In this document: piece by piece, positions 21,830-34,728 of the stretch
Layout of the letters: every line of letters begins with the position of its first letter
Numbering within the stretch: the stretch's first letter is position 1
Assembly: GCF_009914755.1 (NCBI RefSeq)
Contig: NC_060937.1
Strand: one strand, 5' to 3'
From: the human T2T-CHM13v2.0 reference genome, Homo sapiens
Length of the DNA: 64,000 bases
Notes under the pieces: model-generated
Told to the model about the DNA's origin: nothing
Seen by the model: only the letters and a program-made list of their open reading frames with translations
Databases searched by the model: none
Program-made: the position numbers and the translations under genes

Positions 21830-22699
21830 TCCATAGAGTTTCATCCACAAGTATCTTATGTTCTCTCTACACTCACATCCTGAATGATCTTTTCCAGTGT
21901 GTGGCTTTAAATCCATATGCATGCTGATGATATAGCTCTATGTCTCTGAATTCTTGATTGGTCTATCCAAATCTTTATTCAAACATCTCTACCCAGAATG
22001 TCTAAACAGCATCTTAAATTTCCAAAGTGAATTCTTTTCTTCTCCTCTTGCCCCCTCCCCAAAGCTCTGCTTTATTCACCTTCCTTTCAAACTAAGTAAT
22101 AATTCTGTTCTTCTTGATATTCTGGCCAAAAATCTTGGATGAATCCTTGAGTTACCCCATGATCCGTCAGAAGCAATAGAAATCCATAAGGAAATCCTCT
22201 CGATTCTATCTCAAAATGTTTCCAGTATCCAGTCATTTTTCATCACCTCTCCAGCTACCTCCCCAGCCCAAGCCCCCATTTTCTCTTCTGGGTTATTGCA
22301 ACAGTGTCCTAATGGTTCTTATACTTCGGTCCATCATCGCCTATTCACAACAGGGCAGCCACAGTTATTTTTGTGAATGCATGTCACTTTTCTGCTCAAA
22401 ACTCCAATGGCTCTCCATCTCATTCAGAGAAAAAGCTAATCGGTGTCTTGCATATGTAACTCTATGTGATCTCCACTCCCTCCTCCCTCCATGACTTCCC
22501 CCTTGTTCATTTTGCTCCAGCACCACTGGTCTCCTTGGCTCCCCCAACCCGGCATATTCCACTTCAGATATTCACACTGGCTGCTTGACCTGCCTCTAAA
22601 GCTCAGATGGGAATTGTTCAGAGAGACCTACCTATTTTAAAATTCAATTCTTCCCCCACCCTTATACTCCTCATCCCTATACCTGGCATATATATATAT

Positions 22700-22730
<31 letters not shown>

Positions 22731-22900
22731 TTTTAGTAGCACTTACCACCTTCGAATGCACTATGTAATGTAGTTATTTATTTCTACCTTCCTCCAATAA
22801 TATGTAAGCTCCATGAGCACAGGGACTTTTATCAATTACCAGAACTCACAATAATACCTGACATGCAATAGGGACTGTTTTCAAAAGAATAAATTAATTA
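21830..22900 (+). mobile_element. LINE-2 (L2a-like) 3' portion, with (TTTA)n at ~22697-22733
   Basis: ctgctcaaaactccaatggctctccatctcattcagag, tgctccagcaccactggtctcctt, tgtaagctccatgagcacagggac, cctgacatgcaatagg. Confidence 0.8.
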
Positions 22901-24425
22901 AAAATAGAGAATAGGGAAGAATATGTACATGTGTCCCTTGGGGGGCTGGGCTAAGGAATAGGAGAGCTCAATCTTTATCCTTAACTGTAGGAGATATGAT
23001 AGATAATATCTAATACTAGAAATTCAGAAATAATTATATAAGTACTTTATTTAGAAATAGGGAGATAAACACCTCTCTGGAAAAGCAATATTATATCTGC
23101 CTTTTGAAAGTCTAGGGTTTTTTGTCTTTATTTGTCATATAGAACTCTTTGAATCTGTAAACCATTTATTTTAATTACCTGATAAAATTTTTCAGTATAG
23201 AAAAGGGTTAATATTATATAAATTCATTATAAATAATTTATTAAGAATTATTAAAATTGATGTATAATTTTTTTATATTTATAAGATGTTATAAGTTTAT
23301 TTAAAAATTTATATTTATTCATAAAGAATATAAATATTTTAGATATATTTTATTCACAACATTGAGCAGCATGTTACTGTTAATTGGGGGAAGGGTATAC
23401 AAATCTAAAATGTAGATTTTAATTAACTAGTGTTCTGTTCAGTAAGTTTAAATATAGTCCTGGGAATATCGATTTGTAAATAAAGAAATGAGCAAATCAC
23501 CTAAAATTTTACACACATGGGAATTCATTTAATATTTAATAGATTTTTCAGAGCTTTAGAGATCCTAGTTTATTCTTTACCCATTATTTTGTTAAATACC
23601 GTTGTTCCATGAAAGAAATAAAATGTTTCCATCATAATTCTGGATAAAATTGTATTCTAATATTATCCTCATTGGAAATAAAATATGTTAACTTGGACTA
23701 TGCAAGTAATTCTGGCTGGATGACACACTGAAGTCATTTCTCTCATTGGCGTTGGAAGTTTACATTTCTAATTACCCTTAAATTGTTGGAGTAAACCAAG
23801 AGAACAATGCTTTGCTTAAATTCCAATTTGTAAAATCTTTCCTAAGCTTTTATGTTTCAAAAATAACCCTTTCTCTCCAATGCAACAAACATAAAAATTA
23901 ATAAAAAATTGCAGCCACAGTTAAGTTTGGTATTATGAAGTGCTGCTTAGACCACTGTGAATGCTGAAGTTGAATGGCAATATGAGAGAATTTCCATGAA
24001 CAAATATTGACTACTAATGCAGAATAAAGTTTTCTCATTCTCCAACCAAAACAATTAAAAAGGAAAATTATGTTTATTAAAAGCCTATTTATCTCTAGGC
24101 TTTTAGCCAAACCCTTTTGAAGATGATTTTCCCAATTGGAAAATTATCAGAAGCAAAATCCTTTCAAGAATACGGGATTTCAAAATTCATCAAATTAAAT
24201 TATTCTTTATATATGATTTCTTTCTTAAACTCACAAAACCACTAATATGTGAAATATTACAAATGATGACCTATTGGTTATTGTCCTTTGGTTTAAGAAA
24301 AAAGGAGGAAATCCACTTATGGAAGAATTTACCTATGCATTTTTTAATACTAAGAAGTCAATTTTGCATCATCGGGCATATGCAGATAATAAGAGTTCTG
24401 TATATTTGAATATTTTGCTTAAGAG

Positions 24426-24596
24426 TATATATATATACATATACACACACACATATATATACTTACATATATATACACACACACTCTTAGTGTGTAAATA
24501 TATGAGTGTATATATATATACTCAATGTGTGTATATATATGAGTATATATATATACACTTATATGGATATATATATACTTGAATACATGTATGTGT
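24426..24596. repeat. Compound (TA)n/(CA)n/(TG)n microsatellite
   Basis: Direct read: tatatatatatacatatacacacac...gtgtatatatatgagtatatatatatac. Confidence 0.9.
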
Positions 24597-25037
24597 CTAA
24601 ATACTATGTTCTAAGTAAGATCTTTAATGATCTCGATGTGTAGGGTCTTTGTTAAGAACAGTGCTCATGGGACTGCAAATATGGATGTACTAGAATTAAT
24701 ATTATGGCAAAAAGTTTAGTGATTGTGTTACTCTGATTAAATTGAAAGCATGTGAAATTAAGTGACATATCTCTAGTGGTCATTTTTTTGTCTTGCCAAC
24801 AAGCTCCACCTAATAATTTAAAACTAACTTCGAGGAATTTTTATTTAGCTATTCATTCAAATAAGTTTTGAATTTAGTGTAGTAAGGTAAATAATTTATT
24901 ATTTCTAGTGAGGTTCTATATTCCAACTTTGATTTCTATTGACAATTCATTTTACTTCGTTTTTGTCAAGACAGGTTATTATGCAGTTTACCAAGACTAA
25001 ATAGAATATGAATTTTATTCTGAGTAAGTTTTTATAG

Positions 25038-25362
25038 GGCAATGTCTACTACAGAAGCACCTAGCTACATATGGCTATAAAAGCAATGAAATGTAGCTAT
25101 TCCATATTGAGATATACTGTAAGTGTAAAGTATACAGCAGAATTTAAAGACATAATATAGAAAAAATAAGAATGTAAAAATCTCATCAATAATTTCTTTC
25201 TATCTTGAAATAATTTTTGTAAATATTGGGTGAAATAAATACATAATGTCATAATTAATCTCAACTACATGTTTTCCTTTTTAATGTTGCTTTTCAAAAA
25301 TTTAAAATTATATATGTGACTTGCATTCCTGGCTCACAATACGTCTATGTTGGAAAGCAATG
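25038..25362. mobile_element. MER33-like hAT-Charlie DNA transposon fossil
   Basis: ctagctacatatggctat...gaaatgtagcta...ctgtaagtgtaaa...aaatttaaaattatatatgtgacttgcatt...ttggaaagcaatg. Confidence 0.7.
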
Positions 25363-25447
25363 TATAAAGTTATTTTTTAAACTTCTATCTTTCTCTTACT
25401 AAATAGTATTAAACAGTGAGTTTGCAAGCTTTTAAAAGGCAATAAAG

Positions 25448-25729
25448 GGCTGGGCACAGTGGCTCACACCTGTAGTCCCAGCAATTTGAGAAGCTGAGGC
25501 AGGAGGATTGGTTGAGCTGAGGAGTTTAATACCAGTCTGGGCAATAGAACAAGACCTCATCTCCACCAAAAAAAAAAAAAAAATTGCTTGGTGTTGTGGC
25601 ATACCTGTGTAATCCCAACTACTGGGGAGGCTGAGGTGGAAGGATCCCTTGAGCCCTGGAGGTTGAGGCTGCAGTCAACCATTATTGTGCCCTGCACTCC
25701 AGCCTGTGTCACAAAAAGAAAGACTCTGT
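25448..25729 (+). mobile_element. AluJ, no poly(A) tail
   Basis: J-type diagnostics (ggaggattg..tgagc, gaggttgaggctgcagt); ends at agactctgt with no A-tail. Confidence 0.9.
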
Positions 25730-26446
25730 TGAGGTACCCAGCCTAGAAGTAGTCCATCAACAAATATTAATATAATAAATAATATACAATTAAATGAACA
25801 GAAAAAAATTCCTTTAATATCTCTTTTCCTTTATTGTACAATTGATTCATTTGCCATGTTTGTAGGGAACCATTTTCAAAATGTCATACGTAATCAGTTA
25901 TGCATAATCCAGAAATTAAAAGTTATAATTCAAATTTTATATGAATTTAATACAAATAAGGCTTAACTTCATTTTCATTCTACCTTATGTGTGATTATAT
26001 CTAGAATGCTATTAAAATATATTGGTCTGATCATCTGGCTGGAAGTATGTTGTTGACTGGCAAATGGGAGAATTTTCCACCAGAAAAAAAGTTTCCATAA
26101 GATAGCACTAGTGTTGGAAAATGAAGGTGAAACAAAGCCTTCAAAGAAGTATAGAGCCAGCTCCCACAGTTAGATTCTACTTTGTCCAAATATGATTTTT
26201 CGTCTTACTGCCCTTAGCCATCAAATGGTCTTTTGACAGCCCTTACTCTGCCTGCTCCTGTATATTCTAGTCAAGAGAGTTGAAATGTCCTCTACTTCCA
26301 GGATGATATTAGCCTCCCCTGGTAATGGAACACTCTAATATTTTCCGCTAACTAACTAACTTATCAAGACAAATTGAAGCATTCACATAGCCTATTACAA
26401 ATCTATTTAATTGAACTGTACATACTTAAAGTGATTTGTGTTTCAA

Positions 26447-26860
26447 TGTTACAGAATGAATGTTTGTGTCCCTGCAAAATTCGTATGTTGAAATCCTAAT
26501 TCCTAATGTGATGTTTCTTAGAGGTGGAGCCCTTCACAGGTAATTAGGATTAGATGTAATTCTAGGGGTGGGGCTCCCATGATTGGGATAATGCCCTTAT
26601 AAAAAGATGAAAATATGTGAGATCTCTTTCTCTGCATGTACACACCAAGGAAAGGCCATGAGAAGGACACGGCCAGGAAGAAGACCCTCACCAATAACCT
26701 GACCATGGTGGCACCCTAATCTTGGATTTCCAGCCTCCAGAACTATATGACATACATGGCTGCTGTTCAAGCAGCCTCCAGAACTATATGACATACATGG
26801 CTGCTGTTCAAGCCACCCAGTCTATTTTATTTCATTATAGCAAACTGAATTGACCCATAT
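26447..26860 (+). mobile_element. MLT1A-like solo LTR
   Basis: TG start, tgaatgtttgtgtccc...tcgtatgttgaaatcctaa...ccatggtggcaccctaatcttggatttccagcctccagaact...aagccacccagtcta. Confidence 0.85.
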
Positions 26861-28445
26861 GTACATTCAGTCTCCTTATTCTACTACCATGCTACAAATT
26901 CATATTTGTACATTCCATTGACCAAAGCCCAAGACACAAATAGAAGTCTTTTAGAAGTGGATAATGAAAGCTGAACCTAACAGAGAAGAAATGCACCCTG
27001 ACTGTCCACCTGTGCCTCTCGTATGATGCAGACTCACCTTTTGAGCCTATACTTATTAGTCAGAATCTATTTCCTCTGCTTGTTGTTTTGTTTCCAACGG
27101 CCCTTGACTAGCCTGATGGCCAACAGGACAAAAGTAGCAAGAAAGGCTCACTGAATAGCACAGATTTGCTATGTATCAGTGTAGGAAAAAGCATGTTACT
27201 AAGTTTAATTGAGAAACTCAGCCAGTGTTCCCATGTAATCATAGTGAGAGAAACACAAATGAAAGCTCTTCTTTAAAAAAAAAAATGCATGTGTACTAAG
27301 AGCTAGACTCCCTTTTCCAAGGAAAGACCAGCCAGGTTGTAATGAAAACACCTTTAATCCTTCTCAGCTTAGGCTACAATCCTACAAAATATACAGTATA
27401 TCTGCTTGGAAAAAAATAAACTTTTTGTAGCCAGAGGCAAGATCTCATATAAGTTGCAAAGTGATTGGAAGGCTTTTGGCTTGGTTTGGATTTCTGGTCC
27501 TTTACCTGAGTTGTTAATTGAATTAGATTTTTGGCAGAGACCATGAGCAAAGAAATGACAATCAGATCCCAGATCTCAAAACTTCATGGGCAAAGATGAC
27601 CAATTATTGCAAGGAGACACCACCTCAGACTCTAATTAGTTATGGAAGTTTGTGAGCAAGGTAAGGAATAGAGCATTTCCAAAGATGGAATGAAGGCATT
27701 ATCATGAACATGGTCATGTTCAGTACATATATTTTAAGTGTTTATTTCTGTAGAATCAGCATGAGAAACATATTCTCATGGTTGTTTTATTTTTCAACTA
27801 ACTTCAAATCCAAAGATATAAGACAAATTTTGAAGAACTTGACCATTAGGTGAATCAAGAGTAAACTATTTGCAATCCATAGCTTTTTCCAAGTCAATAG
27901 AAATTTTCCCATGATACTTGGATTTATCAGTGCTCATAGTTTTTGGTACAGCAGTGTACTTTAAGTTATACTCAAAGGTTCCAATGATGATCAGAATTCT
28001 TCTCCTTTTTATTTGCCTCTTCTCAACTACATACCCTCTTACTGCCTCAAATAGAGTAACAACTGTACTAGGGTGCTTAAAATATATTTTATGATAGTAA
28101 TCTTTGGCAATAGAAGTGATTCTCTATTCTACTGCAGATATAAACACCATAAGAAAAGACATACTTCAATGGATAAGTCAAAAGTCTTTGACTTTTCCTG
28201 ATAGTGTTTATAAGAAATACAGCTCTAATTTATCAGTAATGCTAAATGTGTTATAAAGAAAAGTCAGAGAGTGAAAGTTTGATAGTAGGGTTAGAAAAAG
28301 TTGTGGAGCAATACGTAAGGTTGGGGAGAAGAGATGTTATTAGAGACAATACGTAAGGTTGGGGAGAAGAGATGTTATTAGAGAAAGGTCAGCAAGTGCA
28401 AAAGTGTTCTTAAAATACTCACTATAAAATATGTTACAATTATAG

Positions 28446-29010
<565 letters not shown>

Positions 29011-29069
29011 GAAACCCCCTCTTAAGATAATAGGTCACATCACCATAGCATTAATGTCCACACACAACT

Positions 29070-29490
29070 CAGTATATTACTCCACTTTGCTTCAGTAACA
29101 ATCTTACATATCGATGATTTATAGGAAGCATATTTGTTTTACTCACGTTTCATGTTAATGCTTCTGAGTCAGCAAGTGCTGCTCTACCTCCTGTGTCTTC
29201 TCATTACTCCTGTGTCTTCTCCTTAGGCGACCTTCAGTGGCAGAGAGAAAAGAATGACAGGAGGGGAGACATGGGTGCCACTTAGCACTTCTGCTCAAAA
29301 TTAGCACTCTGTCACTTTTCCTCACACTCTACTGGCCCACATCAACAACATGGCCAAGCCAGATAATGGGGTGGAAATGTATACTCCACCTTCAAGGAGG
29401 TACTTGAAGTCACATAGCTATGGGCAGAGATGTATACTTCTTTCTAAAGGAAGTTATCCAACAATTGTAAAACATAATGCAATTTGCCAA
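29070..29490 (-). mobile_element. Old MLT1 (H/I/J-like) LTR
   Basis: cttctgctc...ctgtcacttt...acatggccaagcc...aatggggtggaaatgtatactccacc...aatgcaatttgcca; degenerate. Confidence 0.55.
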
Positions 29491-30254
29491 AGTGAGTAGT
29501 TCAAGTGCAGGAAGAATAAGCCCTAGAGAGTTTGGTCTTGGCCATAGCTCCTCTTCTTTTAAGTGGATGCCATAGCTTAAGTGTAGTTTGTAGAAAAAGA
29601 TTTCTAAGAAGACTGAATTTGTTCAAAATGGATATAATCTCAGTGGCTCTCCAACAATGCTAGGTCTTTCTGGTAAATTCTACTCATAGCCACTGGCAGA
29701 AATACCACTGTGCAGAAAAAGACACCAGAGAAATAAGTTTCTAGCCTGTACATAAACTTCCAGAATAACTAACTCCAAACGTTTTAATTGTCATAATAGT
29801 CAAATCATACATAATCCTATCATAGTTATATAGGGCACAGCAGTGTTAATTTACAATAATTATCTCTGTAAATGATGTTAAATATCAGATATATCTTAAA
29901 GGAAGTTGTGAAAATCCAACAGATTGGTATTACTAATTCAAAAGAAGACAAAAAATAAATGTTGAACTCACTAATGTCATTGAAACAGCCTCCAGATAAT
30001 TTACCATCCTAATGTGACAGAGAAGAAGAGTAATTTAGAGGAATGGAAATAAAAGAAAAAAAGTTTTTAAAAAGTACATGATGTTATCAGAATTGCAAAA
30101 AATCTGTTGAATAATAATTGTGTACAGTTTTAAATGTAAAACATAGTAGAGAATAGAACAAGTTACAGCAAAGAGAAAAGTCTAAATATAATTCTATTCA
30201 TTTGCATTTTAAATTACAAATTGATGGTCTGCATTGGATGTTAAGCAATTAGGG

Positions 30255-30450
30255 AAGGATCTTCAAATTTTAGCATGCATGGAAGCCACTTGGGGACCTC
30301 GCTTAACACACTTATTTTCCAGAATTCCCCAGGCTCTGGCCCAGAGATGCTAATTCAGCAAACCTATTGGCATCTAGTTATATAGGTTTTAATGAGCTCT
30401 TGGGAGAGACTGATAAAAGTGGTCAGGGGATCAAGCTTTGTGAAACAATG
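30255..30450. mobile_element. MER5-like DNA transposon fossil
   Basis: cttcaaattttagcatgcat...cacttgggg...cccagagatgctaattcag...ctttgtgaaacaatg. Confidence 0.55.
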
Positions 30451-32329
30451 AACTATAAAAGCAAATAAGAAATCCTTTAAATATTCTTTAAACACCTAAT
30501 GATATCCTAGGAAGAATTATTTTTATGTGACAATGATGAATTTGTTGAAAATATAAGACTGAATAATGACCCAATTTGTACAAGTTTATTTTATTCTGTT
30601 GTTTTGAAATTTCTAAAAATAGTCTGCATTATAAAAGTTACTAATTATGCTGTAGTTAAAAGTGTGTAATGTACTGAAAAAATATAAATGGAGTTTGGTG
30701 CACTATTCGTACAGTCCCACTTCTTAACAGTGATTTTATATTGAATGTTAAATGCATTTGAGTTATACAGAAGATGTGCATTAAAAAATAAGAAAATGCT
30801 CTGACATAAAAAAGACATAGGTCAAATCATAAGAGTTGCAAGTAAAAATTCTCTGTCAATAATGTCACCATTACATGCATAACATTTTGCCACATGACCC
30901 TACTTATTAAAAATTTAGGTTAATATGGTTATACAATCCACAACACTTTGAATTAACATGAATGAATTTGAAATTTCACCAAAATACTTGCCTCAACTTG
31001 TACACTGTCATGGCTGGTTGGTACACTAAAGTGTTGTTTGCATTATGGTAGAAAATATTTATCATTTAAATATACCCATTTATCATTTAAATATACCCAC
31101 TGTAAACTTTTATTTTTATTTCCTAGTTGATTGTTGAAGAGACAAACCTATAATTACAGTTGGAGCATTTAATATCTCTGTCTCACTAATCGATAGAACA
31201 ACTAGAAAGAAAATCAAGGTTACAGAGAAAATATCACCATCAATCAACTGTCTCTAATCTACTTTATAGGCCATTCCAAAACAGTAGAACACATATTATT
31301 TTCAAGAACCCTCAGAATTATTTCAAGGAGAGTTTAAATCTTTGACCATAAAAAACATCTCAACAAACTTATAATTAAAATCATATGGAACATGTTCTCA
31401 AACCACAATGGCATCAAATTAGAAATCAATAGCAGAAAGAGTAAATGGAAATCTCCAACTCAAAAACACACTTCTAATGAACCATGAGTTAAACAGCAAG
31501 TTTCAAGAGAAAAAAATAGTAATTACATTGAACTTAATGAAGATACAACATATCAAAATTGTGCCAAACTGCTTTAGTTGAAAGAGAAATTTGTAATACT
31601 AAATGCTGTGTTAGCAGAGAGGGAAATTCAAATCTATAAGCTCCTACCTTAAAAACCTGGAAAAAGAAGAGCCAAATAAACCCCTAACAAGCAGAAGAAA
31701 AGAAAAAGTATAAAGCAGAAATTAATGAAATTTAAAACAAAAAATAAATTTTAAAATAGTTCTTGTAAAGATGAAAAAAAAATGATAAACCACTAGTGAG
31801 ACTGACAAAAAAGATAAAAGAGACAAAAATTGTCAATATCAGGAATCAAATGGGACATTGTTACAGTGATTCTGTCTAGCACTGTAGTCATCAAAATATA
31901 ATAAAGGAATACAAGGAACAATTTTACTCCCAAAAATTTGACGACATAGATGAAACAGGCCTATTTCTCAAAAGCACAAACCATTACATCTAACCCAAAA
32001 TGATAAGAAAATTTTATATAAATTAAAATAAATTTCATTTAAAAATCAACCCAGGATGGTGACAAACTTAAATGTCAAAGGTAAAACCATAAGGACAAGA
32101 CAGTAAAAACAAACAAACAAACAAAAAAAAACGGCAAAATCATATAGGAAAAGCCAGTAAAGACTTTGGCACCTACACAATGAGTTGTTAGTCTTTATAC
32201 CAAAACCACGATCCATAAAATGAAACTGATAAATTGTATTTCATCAAAATTGAAACTACTCTGTGAAGGACTCTGTTAAGAGGATAAAAAGGCAAACTAT
32301 AGACTGGATGAAAATATTTGCAAACCACA

Positions 32330-32715
32330 TGATACAGACTAAATTCGTTGTGCCTCCTCCAGATTTACATGTTGAAGTCCTAACCCAGAGTACCTTAGAG
32401 TGTGGCTGATTTTTTGAGATAGGGCCTTTAAAGAGGTAATTAAGGGAAAATGAAGTCATATGAATGGGCGTCAATCCAATATGACTGGTGTCCTTATAAG
32501 AAATTAGTAAACACACACTTACACATGGAAGACCATGTGAAGACAGACGGAGAAGACAGCTGTCCACAAACCAGGGAGAAAGGCCCTCAAAGGAAACCAA
32601 CCCTGCCAATACCTTGATTTTAGATTTCCAGCCTCCAAACCTGTGAGAATTTTTTTTAAATTTACTCCACCCAGGCTATGATACTTTGTTATGGCTGCCC
32701 AAGCAAACTAATACA
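32330..32715 (+). mobile_element. MLT1B-like solo LTR
   Basis: TG...CA termini (tgatacagact...caaactaataca); atgttgaagtcctaaccc, atccaatatgactggtgtccttataag, ttccagcctcca. Confidence 0.85.
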
Positions 32716-32967
32716 CCTTACATCCAATATGACTGGTGTCCTTATAAGAAGAAATTAGTAAACACACACTTACACACACATGGAAGACCATGTGAAGAAA
32801 AAGGGAGAAGACAGTTATCCACAGACCAAGGAGTAGTGGACTAGTATCAAGAATATATAAAGAACTCGAAAGAAAAATCCAGTGAGATAATGGGCAAAAG
32901 ACTGAAGGGACATTTCACTGAAGAAGATATATCAATGGCAAACAAGGACATAAAAAATGTTCAATCT

Positions 32968-33390
<423 letters not shown>

Positions 33391-34442
33391 TTATTGAGAC
33401 CTATAAGAAATGTATTATTTCTTATTTAGACCTATAAGAATGTCTAAAATAAGAAAAAGTGACAACACAAAATATTGACAGAGAAAATGGATCACTCATA
33501 TGTTGCTGTTGGGACTTACAAAATGTTACACCCGTTCTGGTAAGGAGTGTAGCAGTTTCCTACAGAAATAGCTGTAACAGACTTTGTTCCCATAGTTCAC
33601 CAAGCAATTCCAGAATTGCAATGCATGTTCTTCAAAATAGTGATCCTCTTTAACAAATGACTTCTGTCTTCCCAGTTGTATTTTTCATCTGCACATTTCT
33701 TGTTGGTGAACTGAATTTATTCCTGTTGTTTGTCACGTAATACCTAGAAAGGTGATTTAAATACTACTCTGGCTCTAGAGGGGAAGAAAATAGCTTACCA
33801 GCTACATTTGATAGGATGTCATGGAAGTCAACAAATATAGGAACTTCCTGTGTTATTATGTTACATATGATCTTTCCCTCCCATCTGCTGCTCAAAATTT
33901 GCTATTCAATCACTTAATGTATATTCCTGCATTAGATAAGAATACAGATTTTATGGCATAAATCAGAGCAGTGGGAACTGTTGATAGATCATCAGAAGCT
34001 ATTTTTCATGTGACTATGAACAAAGAATTCTTCCCAGATAACCATGGATCTTTGGCTAAAAAGCTCCCACATAATTTTGGATTGTTTACTTTTTCTTCTT
34101 TTCTGTTTTGTTTCATTAGTTGTATAAAGAACATTGCCATCAACAACCAGGAGAAAACAACACAGAAACATAGAAAATTTCACAACTGACAAAGCTTTTC
34201 TACCTTCATTATCCATTTCAATCGTATGCCAACCATGTTAGATATCATCGTTCTCTCTTTATAGATGTAAAAGAGGTGAGCCTTGGAGATATTGTGGCAT
34301 ATATGAAAATATTTCAATTGTGATAGTAAGAGGCAGTTTTTTAGAGCCATATTCAAATGTGAACATTTTTTTCCACATCCCATATAACAACTGTTTTCCT
34401 AAAAAGCACTTGGCCAAACAACATAATAAAAAGAATTGCTTA

Positions 34443-34728
34443 GGCCAGGCACGGTGGCTCACACCTGTAATCCCAGTACTTTGGGAGGCCGAGGCAAGTG
34501 GATCACGAGTTCAGGAGTTCAAGACCAGCCTGGCCAAGGTGATGAAACCCAGTCTCTATTAAAAATACAAAAATTAGCCAGGCATGGTGGTGGGTGCCTG
34601 GAATCCCAGCTATTCGGAAGGCTGAAGCAGAGAATTGCTTGAACCTGGGAGGCAGAAGTTGCAGTGAGCCAAGATCACGCCACTGCACTCCAGCCTGGAC
34701 GACAGAGCAAGACTTCCTCTCAAAAGAA
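34443..34728 (+). mobile_element. Alu (Sg-like)
   Basis: Full dimer; 15-bp TSD aaaaagaattg(c/g)tta at 34428-34442 and 34729-34743. Confidence 0.95.

Noticed and set aside
24274-24582. Tyr/Ile-rich ORFs (also 60459-60644)
   Set aside because: Translations of (TA)n microsatellites
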